DNA of 64,000 nucleotides from Octopus sinensis (lineage: Eukaryota), in the NCBI RefSeq assembly GCF_006345805.1, contig NC_042999.1:148056001-148120000 (forward strand), written 5' to 3'. The notes under the pieces are model-generated. The model was not told where the DNA came from and did no database searches. It saw nothing but the letters and a program-made list of their open reading frames with translations. Of the stretch, positions 23,110 through 34,950 are shown piece after piece; positions within the stretch are counted from its first letter, which is position 1; each line of letters begins with the position of its first letter. The position numbers were made by a program, and so were the translations under genes.

Positions 23110-25630
23110 TGCAAAGCATAAGATTCAGGCAGATATTGAAGAGCTGTGGTCCCCTGAAGCCTAGGCTGTTGCAATATCTTGTCCTATATCTTGATGGCAA
23201 ATTTGGAGTCCTTGGCACTATGCAGTGACGCCCAGTTCTAGTATTTGTGTAACCCTCCATACCAAAATTTGGGACAAGTCCCTCCAGGATCTTCCAGGTG
23301 TATATTATGCTCTAAGAAATAGAGTCTTAATCTCTTGAGTCTTTCCCAGTAGCTTATATACTGCATAGTGGCTATCTTAGTGTAGCTTCGTTGGATTGCC
23401 TCAAGTTCTGCGATTAATCTGACAGTGGTTGGTGACCATAGCTGAGAGCAATAGTCAAAATGGATTAGGACAAGTGTGCTCCAGAGGACCATCATGGTTT
23501 CCTGGTCTCTTGTTCTAAAAGTTCTAAGAATCCATCCGGTCAGCCGCTTGCATTTCGTTGCCAACTTAGCAACATGCACATGGAAGAATACATCATTATT
23601 CATGTAAATGCCCAGGTCTCGCTCTGGCTGTGTCTCCGGGATTATAATCCCTCTAGGTCCAGTGTATTTAATTGGTATTGAATTTAGTTTTGCATGCTGA
23701 TAGCACAAGGCTTGAAACTTTTCAGTATTAAAATGCATGCTATTCTTTTCAGCCCATTTGTATATTTCATCCAAGTCACATTGGAGGTGCATAGTGTCTT
23801 CAGGGTTTTGCATCACCTATGTGACTTTTGTATCATCTGCATAACTTGTGATCGTGGCTGAGGGCATTCTGAGAGGGCCATTATGAACAGTAGTGGTTCC
23901 AAAACAACGCCTTGCAGAATACCGCTCACTATTTGCGTGTCATTGGAGGTGGCCCATTGGCTACTACCACCTGACTTCTATCCTTCAGAAAGTCATGCAG
24001 CCATTCTCCCAATTTTCTGACTATGCCGAGATCACGCAGTTTGTGACATATCATTCCATGATCGACTTTATCAAAAGCCTTTGCAAAGTCAAGATATATC
24101 ACTTCCATATTTGAATGGTTGAGCAGCTGTTTCAGCACCGTCATAGTGTTGTAAGAGCTGAGTCAAGCAGCTTCTTCTTGGTCGGAAACTATGTTGGCTG
24201 TCAGTCATTTTCTTCAAGGAAAATGATTAGTTTTCTTCTTACTATTTGTTCAATGGCCTTGCTGATGTGCGAGGTCAGAGAGATAGTTCTGTAGTTTTTG
24301 GCTTCTGCTCTGCTACCTCCTTTATGAATAGGACATATTTTACCCTCCTTCAGTTTTCTTGGAAGTTTGCCAGTTGCAAGGAAGCTCTGAGAGAGGAACT
24401 GCAGTGGTCTTGCTAGGACTCTCTTACATACTTTTAGAAGGATTGCTGGGAATCCATCGGGGCCAATAGCTGAGTTTGTTTTCATTTCATCTATAGCCTT
24501 TATTACATCGTCTCCCTTTATATTGATGTAATCAATTATCGCTGCCTCTGATTTTATATCTGCAGTGGTAAAGAAGTCAGTTAGATTGCTGACTTGAAAA
24601 TGCCCTAGGGGTGGAGTGAAAATACTCTTGAATTGCTCATTCAGTATTTCACTTATCCTCATTGGGTTTCATGTGAGTGAACCATCTTTTTCGAGGAGTA
24701 TCCCTATCTTGCAGTGCACTGAAGCTGTTTCTTTGGCAAACTTATAGAAGGCTCAAGGGTTAGATTTTATATTGTCTATAGCCTAGGCTTCTTTGTCTGC
24801 TCTTTCTTTTTCATTGGAGAATTGCAGAGTTTTTTCCAATCTCCAGCAGTTGTATTTTCAGACAGGATTTTTCACTGCTTTCAATTTGTTTAGGCGATTT
24901 GAAATTTTTGTACGCCGTCCCATAAGAATGTTCCTTCCCCTGGGGATTTTGTTGTTGTATACAGTGGCCTTTCTCATGTCCGGTGAGGAGAGACATTTAG
25001 GCCAGTTTTGTTTAAGGCTCTCTTTCTCAATTTGTTTCAAGTTTGCTTTATGGAAGTTCAAGCTGGAAAGATTTTGAGAGTTTTTGTAGGATGCATGTCC
25101 ATAGTTTCCTTTGGTCCGTACATGGTCAACTCAACCATGTTGTGATCCTAGAGTAGCGTCGGTGTCACTTTCACATTATGAATGAGATCCATATTACTTG
25201 TGAAGCAGAGTTCCAGTATGTTACCTGCCTTGATTGGCTAGAGTACGATTTGTTCCATGTACAAGTGTTGATGTGGTTCAGGAGGGACTTCACCAGTCTT
25301 TGTTCGCATCGTGCCATTCCTGGGAGAGAAAGGCCCTCAGTCCATAAGAAGTACACTAAGAAGTCCATAAGTCTCCCATAAGAAGTACACTTATGTGTTG
25401 TTCTAATGTAACTAGAACTTCTACTTTTGTAAAGCAGTTTTCAAGCTTGCCTGAAATATTCGGAGCATCTGGAGGGCGATATGTAGCACATATATCTACA
25501 TCGAGTTCTCTTATATGTACAATTAGTGTGTCACATACTGAATTTGAGTGTGACAACAGGACCTAGCGTGTGAAGTCTTCGTGGATGTACATAGCAACTC
25601 CACCGTGACTTCTTTCTTTTCTGTCGGTCC
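23110..25630 (-). mobile_element. CR1-like LINE (APE + RT), degenerate
   Basis: TYRPPD, LLMGD, SAIGPDGFP, NYRTISLTSHISK, IYLDFAKAFDKVDH, LQCDLD..KW, DYCSQLWSP, YWERLKRLRLY. Many frameshifts. Confidence 0.9.
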
Positions 25631-25897
25631 GTAAAACCTTCTTCTTTGTTTTCTTGAGTGTCTACTAAGTGCGGGTTAGGGTTTCATCTACATCCGTGTC
25701 TTCATCCTTGTCATCTTTGCTGCTGTGTATATATCTAAATATATATAACAGGTTTCTGCGACTTTTAATTTATTCAATTTATTCCTGTGTCTTAAATGTA
25801 GAATTAAACCTAATTATCCCATCTTCGAATTTAATTTCTCGCAAGTAAATTTTACCTCATCAGGTAAATTCTCTTTCCACACTCTCTAATTCATTTA

Positions 25898-25951
<54 letters not shown>

Positions 25952-26003
25952 TCCCACATAATCTATCTCCCTCTTTCTTTCCCTTTATCTCTGACTCTCT
26001 CTT

Positions 26004-26048
<45 letters not shown>

Positions 26049-26885
26049 CCTTCCTCTATGCAGAGCAGAAGTTTTAGTTGCTACTAAAACCATGCTTGAT
26101 GCTTGTTTATTTACAACCAAGAGAGTCCCAGTCAAAACACCGTAAGCTATGATCTTGATATAATACAAAGACATATCTAAAAAAATACATGGCATATCTC
26201 AGTAATTTTCGATTTGTTTAATTTATTGCTGCGCCTCAAGTGTAGACTTGGACTTAATTGTCCCGTCTTCATACTTAATTTATTTCTCGGAAGTAACTTT
26301 TACACCACAAGGGAAATTCTTATTATCCTCTCTCTAATTCATTCCTCGCTCACTTTTCGTCTCTTTACTTCTCACTCTCTCTCTCCCCTCCTCTCTCTAT
26401 ACTTCTCCTCCTCCTTTTCTCATTCTCTCTCTCTCTTTCTCTACATCTCCCTAACTGCTTATCACAAGATTTAGTTGTTAATCATGCTGTGTGGCTATTT
26501 GCAACCAAGAGAGTCCTAATCAAAATACCGTAAGTTATAAGAAAAATATATGCAATATATGTAATATATTGACATGTTCTGCAACTTTTTTATGCATTTA
26601 ATTTATTGCTATGACTTAAATGTTTAACTATGCTTACCGCAGTTCCAAAAAATATCAGTGGTTTTGTCGTCAATTACAAGAAAGATATTTGTCAGTAAAT
26701 GTAAATCATTTTTACGCCGATGTGAAACAGAAAAGACAGAGAAAAAATGCTAGTGATTGGTAGATAAACATGCACAGGCGGATAAGTTAAGTGATAGATA
26801 GTGAAGTAAATACATTGATTGGTAGGTAGCTAGATAAACAGAAAGGCTGATAGATAAATCGATGCGACAGAGATGTAATCAATCT

Positions 26886-27332
26886 AAGGCAGCGAGCTGA
26901 CAGAATCGTTAGGAAGCTAGGCGAAATGCATAGTGGTATTTCGTCCGTCTTTACGTCCTGAGCTCAAATTACGCCGAGGTCGACTTTGTCTTTCATCCTT
27001 TCGGCGTCGATAAATTAAGTACCAGTTGGGTACTGGGGGTCGATCTAATAGATTGGCTCCTTGCCCCCAAAATTTCGGGCCTTGTACCTAGAGTACAAAA
27101 GAATATTCACTGGGATTTCCTAGACGGCGAGATGGCGGAAACGTTAGCACGCCGGGTGAAATGCTTAGCGGTATTTCGTCTGTATTTACGTTCTGAGTTC
27201 AAATTCCGCCGAGGTCGACTTTTCTTTTCATCCTTTCCGAGTCGATAAATTAAGTACCAGCTGTGTATTGGGGTCGACCTAATCGACTTAATCACCTCCA
27301 AAAAATTTCGGACGTAGTTCCTAGAGTAGAGA
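26886..27332 (+). mobile_element. Head-to-tail SINE dimer inside a single 17-bp TSD
   Basis: Monomers at about 26886-27107 and 27121-27332. AGAGATGTAATCAATCT at 26869-26885 and 27333-27349. Confidence 0.9.
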
Positions 27333-27644
27333 AGAGATGTAATCAATCTTACCTTGACAGTCTCCTTCTCTGAAACCAACATTAAGCAGAGCAATCTGGC
27401 CAGTAAATCCGAAAGTTCTTGTAGCAATAAATCGGTAAGTATAGTTTCTATTGTCGCTGGGTACATTAACACAAGCATCATTCCAGTAAACGCCCTTAGA
27501 GTCACCAGATTCTTCAAACACAGTAATATTTTTATACGAATCCTCTATTTGAAGCTGAAAACACATTATCGCATATTAGTTAATGTGTGCAGAGTGCATG
27601 TACATACATACATAAACACACACACATATATATATACGTGTGTG

Positions 27645-27697
<53 letters not shown>

Positions 27698-27709
27698 TTG
27701 TGTGTGTGT

Positions 27710-27753
<44 letters not shown>

Positions 27754-28289
27754 GCAAGCAAAAGTTTATGAACATTCATAAGATAAAATTTCATGTAAAC
27801 TCCAACTAACAATTTTAAAAAATGGAGATTTTAAAAGTTTTTGCAAACTTTTAATCTATGCATACGATCATTTCGAATGATAATACCAACATGTAAGAAA
27901 ACGTGGAAAAATTAAATTAATAATAATACCAATTAAATGAAATTAATTTAATTATGTCTTTCCATTCTCCTCAGTACAAAAGATGAAGAAAAACATCAAA
28001 AAGGTATTGACAAAAGAATATTACAAGGAAAAACAGAGAGCTTATGTCGGACAGGTCGACCGGATATTCTTTAATTGAATGTGAAAGAGGAACAAAGAGA
28101 TACAGGAACATGCTCTTGTAGTGTCGAACTATAACTGTTTTGGCCAAAGGATGTTTTTAAAATAAGTAGGAAAAATCAGACAAAAATATAAACAAAAATG
28201 CACACACGCATCTAACATACACAAATGCACGCGCTCTCACATAAAACTGTATATACCTACACGCATATACATTTGAATACAAATAAAAT

Positions 28290-28319
28290 AGTATAATAAT
28301 AATAATAAATAATATAATA

Positions 28320-28395
<76 letters not shown>

Positions 28396-28397
28396 TA

Positions 28398-28432
<35 letters not shown>

Positions 28433-28495
28433 TAATAATAATAATAATAATATAATAATAATAATAATATATAATAATAATAATATAATAATAAT

Positions 28496-28548
<53 letters not shown>

Positions 28549-29190
28549 TAATAATAATATAATAATAATAAATAATAATAATATATATAATAATAATAAT
28601 ATAATATAATAATAATAATAATAATAATATATAATAATATAATATAATAATAATATAATAATAATAATAATAATAATATAATATAATAATAATAATATAT
28701 AATAATATATAATAATATAATAATAATAATAATAATATAATAATAATAATAATGATAATAATAATATAATAATAATATAATAAAATAATATAATAATATA
28801 ATAATAATAATATAATAATAATAATAATAATATAATAATAATAATAATAATAATATATAATAATAATAATAATAATAATATAATAATAATAATAATAATA
28901 ATATATAATAATAATATATATAATAATAAAATAATATAATAATAATAAAATAATAATATAATAATAATAATAATAATAATAATATAATAATAATATAATA
29001 ATATATAATAATAATAAATAATAATAATAATAATAATAATATAATAATAATAATAATAAATAATAATAATAATAATAATATAATAATAATATAATAATAA
29101 TAATATAATAATATAATAATAATAATATAAATAATAATAATAATATAATAATAATATAATAATAATAATATAAATAATAATATAATAATA

Positions 29191-29233
<43 letters not shown>

Positions 29234-29352
29234 TAATAATAATATAATAATAATAATAATATAATAATAATAATAATAATAATAATATAATAATATATAT
29301 AATAATAATAATAATAATATAATATAATAAATATAATAATAATATAATAATA

Positions 29353-29422
<70 letters not shown>

Positions 29423-29430
29423 TAATAATA

Positions 29431-29470
<40 letters not shown>

Positions 29471-29577
29471 TAATAATAATAATAAATAATAATAATAATA
29501 TAATAATAATAATAATAATAATATAATAATAATATATATAATAATAATAATATAATAATAATTATATAATAATAATA

Positions 29578-29610
<33 letters not shown>
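28290..29610. repeat. ~1.3-kb imperfect (TAA)n array
   Basis: Almost exclusively A/T; TAA units with frequent 1-nt indels. Confidence 0.97.
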
Positions 29611-30159
29611 GCGTCAAGCGGGATGTGATAGCTATATTTAAATATTTTTGTATATTGACAGTTATGGGTGGTGTGCAATGAAAAGAGGTGAAATTTTTTT
29701 TCAAATAAATAGTTTACTAAAAGGAAACGGTACAAATACAGAATTATGAGAGAGCTCTAGAGATGGCGGTAAAATTACAAAGGAAAGGATAATATACACC
29801 GAAAAATATTTAGGAATAAAAGTGAATATCAATAGAAGAAAGTTTTGAGAGAGAAAAAAATACATACTACCGTTAGAAAAAACTTGTTGATAAATAATTC
29901 CTAATAACAAAGATTTGTTTTAAAAATATGTATTTACGAGCCAGAGAATTATAGTGGAGGGGAAATAATTCTAAATGTATATTTAGGAAAAAACTTATTC
30001 TGGGGGAATGCACACGTATACGCCTACACATGCATACATATATATATAGAGAGAGACAGACAAAAAACATACGCATACACTTAAACCCACATACATACAC
30101 CTACACACAAAAAAAATAGATGGATGTATATATACGAAAAACAAATATATATGTATTTT

Positions 30160-30821
30160 ACACATATGCATATATGGGTACACGACGTCATAAACAGTAA
30201 ACAACATGAAATGTGAAAACAAATGAGTTGAATACGCAAACAACGAGAGAAGCAAATGGAAGATATTGCAAGTAACATAAAGAATAACTCTTCGCCCGTT
30301 GTCGGCTGCCTATCTACTCCTCATTTCGAGCACTGAACAACAATATGAATATTCGAAGACAGTTGCTCCTGCAAATACCAAAATAAAGTTTGGGATTTAT
30401 GTAGGGATAAATTTGGGAACAAAAACAGGACAGTGGAGACATACAAAGAAGCCGGACGAAAACAAATATAGAGGGTCGTTAGACCAGAACGAGGGGAAAA
30501 TATAAACGTTTATAATATTTACCGCTGATGAGAACTTCTAACAAATTGTTTTATTTGTTAATTAAAGTTCGAAATCTAGGTCCGGGAGGTAAATATTGCA
30601 AATATTTATATTTTTCATTCCCTTCGAAATTGCTCTAAAAGGATCACCTCTTTTGTGTTTAAATGTACACTAATTTTATATGAAAAATATGTTGTCTATT
30701 GACAATTTTATACATGCTAGCCACTAGTGGAAAAATTTCTATAATTTTCCTACTCGTTCGTTTTTTCTCTCTCATCCTTTCTCTAATTCTTTTTTCTCCA
30801 CATTCACCGTTTTCTATCTGT

Positions 30822-30860
<39 letters not shown>

Positions 30861-31345
30861 TCCTTTACTCACTCGTTGCTCACACGTGACCATCAGACAT
30901 CTTTCTTTCCTTCACTTGATCATCTTTCTTTTCTTTCGGTCTGTGTCAAAGACCATACGCATTCTTTTCTGTCGCCTCTCCTATCTTTTCTTCTGTGAAA
31001 GCTTGTTCCTCCAGCATTCACTACCTTATATCGTATGGCTCCGCAGCCCTCATTTTTTGTTTTCACTGTCCTGTTTTCGCTACCAATTTTGACCCTCCGC
31101 AAATTCCAAATTTTATTTTGGTTCGCGGGAGCAACCATTTTCTCGAAAGCACATCTTGTCGTGTATTGCTTGAATTGTGGAGTAGAAAAACAGCCGAGAA
31201 CTGATGAAGGTTCATTCTTTATGTTACATGTCTTTTTTTACATTTGTTTCTTTCGTTGTTCGCATAGAAGAGCTTGTATTCCATGTTTTCGTTCTTCGTA
31301 TTTCACGTTGCTTACGTTTTGTGAGGTACTGTACCCATATATGCA
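30160..31345. repeat. Diverged inverted duplication with ~300-bp arms (about 30160-30460 and 31040-31345)
   Basis: Shared blocks in opposite orientation: GCATATATGGGTACA, GTAACATAAAGAAT, TCGGCTG, TCTACTCC, GTTGCTCC, CCAAAATAAA, AAAACAGGACAGTG. Confidence 0.75.
30514..30597 (+). ncRNA. Type I hammerhead ribozyme (minimal, Penelope/retrozyme-type), core intact
   Basis: Stem I: AATATTTA-CCG pairs with CGG-(GAGG bulge)-TAAATATT. Core CTGATGA at 30525-31. Stem II: GAACTT/AAGTTC plus TAACAAAT/ATTTGTTA. GAAA at 30571-74. Self-complementary stem III ATCTAGGT. GUC cleavage triplet ending at 30582. Confidence 0.85.
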
Positions 31346-31374
31346 TATATATATACATATATGTGTAAGTATGC

Positions 31375-31417
<43 letters not shown>

Positions 31418-31528
31418 ATATTATATATATATATATATACACATATATATACATATATATATACACGTGTATATATATATATATAATATATATATATAAA
31501 TTTATATTATATACATATATATATACAC

Positions 31529-31581
<53 letters not shown>

Positions 31582-31932
31582 TATACATATATATACACAT
31601 ATATATACATATATATATCGGTGCCCCAGCACGGCCACAGCTTGTGAGCTGAAACTAGATAAATAAATAAATAATTTTTTTTAAATAAATAAAATATATA
31701 TATATATGTAGAGTGACCACCCTTCTCGTTATCCGGATCTACGAATATTGTCTTTACTTTGAGATCCAGACTCCTGCGAAAATGTACCGCGGTACTACTA
31801 CCGCCCATTTTCGGCAGACAGGGAGAAAAATAAATGTTAAATTGTCCGCCAAACATGGTCTTTAGGGTCCGCGGATTATGGAGTCTGGTCTCACTTATGG
31901 CTATGAACTCTAACTTGTGATAGATAGATAGG

Positions 31933-31990
<58 letters not shown>

Positions 31991-32120
31991 CACATGCGCA
32001 GAGACAAACGTATACATAAATGCACATATACGCATATAGACGCATATAAATACGCACACAAGGCACATACCTATACACATATTTATACGCATATATATAT
32101 ATATACACGTGTATGTATAT

Positions 32121-32154
<34 letters not shown>
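31340..32154. repeat. (TA)n, (TACA)n and (TAGA)n microsatellites
   Basis: Tracts at about 31340-31620, 31920-31990 and 32085-32154. Confidence 0.95.
31730..31918 (-). mobile_element. Tx1/L1 APE endonuclease N-terminal fragment
   Basis: [11 protein letters not shown]...[35 protein letters not shown] resembles the L1/Tx1 xQETH...GGGTAVLF...DPEG segment. Confidence 0.7.
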
Positions 32155-32158
<4 letters not shown>

Positions 32159-33646
32159 GAGTGACCACCCTTCTCGTCGTTATCAATTTGATATTGTTTA
32201 TGGTTTATTATGATTTAATTAATGCTTATATCAAATACATTTAGAGAAAATGATATCTATTGAATACACATTATATATGTCTATTCTAAACTCTTTCGTC
32301 ACACATCCTATCTGACCTCATCAGCGACCCTGTTTCTTATTCCATTTTGTCTTTCTGTGGTGTTTGCGTCTGCGTCTGTGTATGTGTATCTGTATGTGTG
32401 CGTGTGTGTTGTTGCATGTGTCTATATATTTGATATGTGTATATTCTGTGCATTCATATGGGTTTGCTTACTACACTATTTGAACCCGTGTCTTTTATTT
32501 ATTTTCTACTTTCTCATCTTGTCAGGTTGTGTAGTGTGGTAGGGCGGGAGTGTTATCCCATTCATATTTCCTGTTGAGGCTCGGTCCAAATACTACTATG
32601 TGTCTAGCTTTCGTATTCTGTCTGAGTGTCGTGTCTGTTCTATGTGTTGATAATATCTTAACGTCTATGTCATTAATTGATTCTCCATATTCTAACTGAG
32701 CATGTTGGTGGATCACTGAGAAGTTTTTCTCTTCCTTTAGTTCCTGCCAGTGTTTGCTTATTCGCACACCTATGCTACGTGCTGTCTCCGCAAGTTATAT
32801 CGTTGTCCTGTTTCTGCACCGTCCTTCAGCACGCCTTATAATAGAAACTCCGTTTCTGGTTTTGCTGTTTACCTGTGGGCATATTCTACACACTATACAA
32901 CTGCTGTCCGTACATGAGGTTTTTTTTAAATGGATTTGTTCTACAGACAAGGGAATTTATGGAGTTCCCTGACCTTTCTACTACTTCTACTACTTTAATC
33001 AGTACATCCATCTTATCTAAGGTTTTCCCTTAAAAGATGCTTGTCGTGTCAACGGACACGACACTGGTATATTTGGTTGTCATACCATGAGTTAGCCTTA
33101 CCTCTCTTCTTAGTTATTTCTATGCTATTCCAGGATTTACTCCTGTATAGTGGTCAGATCCAATCTGCATTATTTCCTACGATGGTTTTGTACTTGACTC
33201 TGGATTTTTGTACACTTTGATTCTGTCTCTTTGGCTGTACCCAGAGAATTGCATGTGGTAGATGAAATGTATGTATTTCTCCAATTCCTTTGGGTTATAT
33301 TTGCAGAGAGCTCTATAACCATAACTATGTACTCCCGCTATGTGGAGGATGTCAACATAGTGGCAAGGGTACCCTACAAGACAATGGTTATTAACTAAAA
33401 GCTAGCAACATGGAAAGCATCCATTAAACAGCTTACTCCATCAACCAGAGTATTAAAGTAATAGTAGATTACCCTTAATTACAGAATAGCGACCTTATAC
33501 ACATAAATCTGGTTGGAAACTAGGAATACCAACCCATGGCCTCCAAATACCTGTCTCACAAGAATGCGACGATTGCTGATAATATCAAGTTCAATATCCT
33601 AATAGGGGACTTGATATGAATCGTGAGAAACGTGTCCCGCATGTGC
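32155..33646 (-). mobile_element. Penelope-like element with inverted 5' (RT) segment
   Basis: Minus strand: NPKELEKYIHFIYHMQFSGYSQRDRIKVY...PLYRSKSWN, then AETARSIGVRISKH...PSLNRKYEW (GIY-YIG end). Plus strand 33297-33646: MYSRYVEDVNI...PMASKYL...IVRNVSRMC. Confidence 0.82.
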
Positions 33647-34009
33647 TGAGTTCCAAATAACCTCAAGAGTGAAATGTACGTAGGAACTAACTATATATAC
33701 TGGTGTTTATGTGTTTATATGAATTTTCCATTATGTGCGCGCGCACACACACACACTCACCCGCACACACACACTCTCACCCAGTAGATGAGAAACGCTA
33801 GTATTAGCGTATAATAGATGTACACCAGATTAGTGCGCGGACAAATCCAGTTTCTTAAAATCTAACATTCTAATCAAGGTTGAAATAGTACTGCAAAACA
33901 AGTGTTGGTTATTGGCTATAAGAAATGTAGGTTGAACGTGATAATATGGAGAAGAACAAGTGTGATAACAATAAAAGTATCACCTCTATTGACAATTTAA
34001 CACATGTTG

Positions 34010-34920
34010 CGAATAAATCAATTACGTTAAGAAAACGCACATTTTTGTGGACAGTAAACCAGTGATTATTCTCAGTTCCTTTCCATCGTAGTTCTGCAAA
34101 TCACTGGTATTGTAACCGCCTTGATATGCCACATATTTTACATTTCAATAAACAAATCTTTATATTTTTTGATCTTGTCAAATTCCTTCACCACGATATT
34201 TTGATCACAGGGGGTACGCATATCAATCAATAAACAGGCTTTATTATCTTGATCTTTTAGAATGAAATCGATATATTAGCTTTGATGATGATGTATCTAT
34301 GTACAGGAAAGTCCCAAAGAATCATTACATTTTCTCCCTCAGTTACATCCTCAGAGTGATGCATGTACCACTTGCCAACAGTTTTGATTTTATAATGCCG
34401 GCATATTAACCATTATAGACACAGCCAATTCTGTCATGTCGTCATCTATTATCTACTGATGTTAAAACTTTAAATCCAGAGATTAACTGGTCCACTGTTT
34501 CAATCTTATCATTGCAGAATCGGGGCTTGGATCTACGTCATTTGGCATAACATTGACTTGGTAGCTCTGAGTCAATAAAGTTTACTTTGGAGTAGCTAAG
34601 ACGAGGCCTTCGCACTTTGGTTTTAGCCCTGAGCTTCGTAACCACTGATGAGTGTGTTTCTGATTAAAATCAGCCTGTTTGCTACGGGCCGCCTATTTGC
34701 CATGCAGAGGTTTCTTCGCCCACCTACTAGCCATTTGTCCGTGCATTATTTTCTTTACCATTAATTTTACTTTCTTTCTAACAATAGTTACCACATTTCC
34801 CTCATTCAAGAAATCAGAAGCAAATTTTTGGCTCTCCTTCAAGATACAACAAATCATCCTGTGCCTCTTGTGATTTTTCAATGAGTTTTAGCATACAGTC
34901 GTTAGTTGTTTCAAGATGTT
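34010..34920 (-). mobile_element. R4/Dong-like 3' fragment, older family (D3)
   Basis: RWAKKPLHGK, HQWLRSSGLK, VTEGENVMILWDFPVH, CLLIDM..PCDQNI, KYKDLFIE, AVTIPVI. Confidence 0.8.
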
Positions 34921-34950
34921 CTACTTCTTCCTCTTATTATTATTATTATC

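Larger units (their letters stand above)
22670..26620. repeat. Local degenerate tandem family (four partial units), each with or near a (CT)n tract
   Basis: TTAGTTGCTACTAAAA...CAACCAAGAG...TTAATTTATTG...GTAGA.TT..ACTTAATT recurs at about 22670, 25740 (partial), 26070 and 26470. Confidence 0.7.

Noticed and set aside
25830-25866. Minus-strand CTGATGA-GGTAAA/TTTACT...GAAA
   Set aside because: Extra bases lie before GAAA, and the motif is not conserved in the sister repeat units at 23.0 and 26.3 kb.
28511-29704. 397-aa Ile/Tyr/Leu ORF
   Set aside because: It is the stop-free reading of the (TTA)n strand of a microsatellite; there is no splice or homology evidence.
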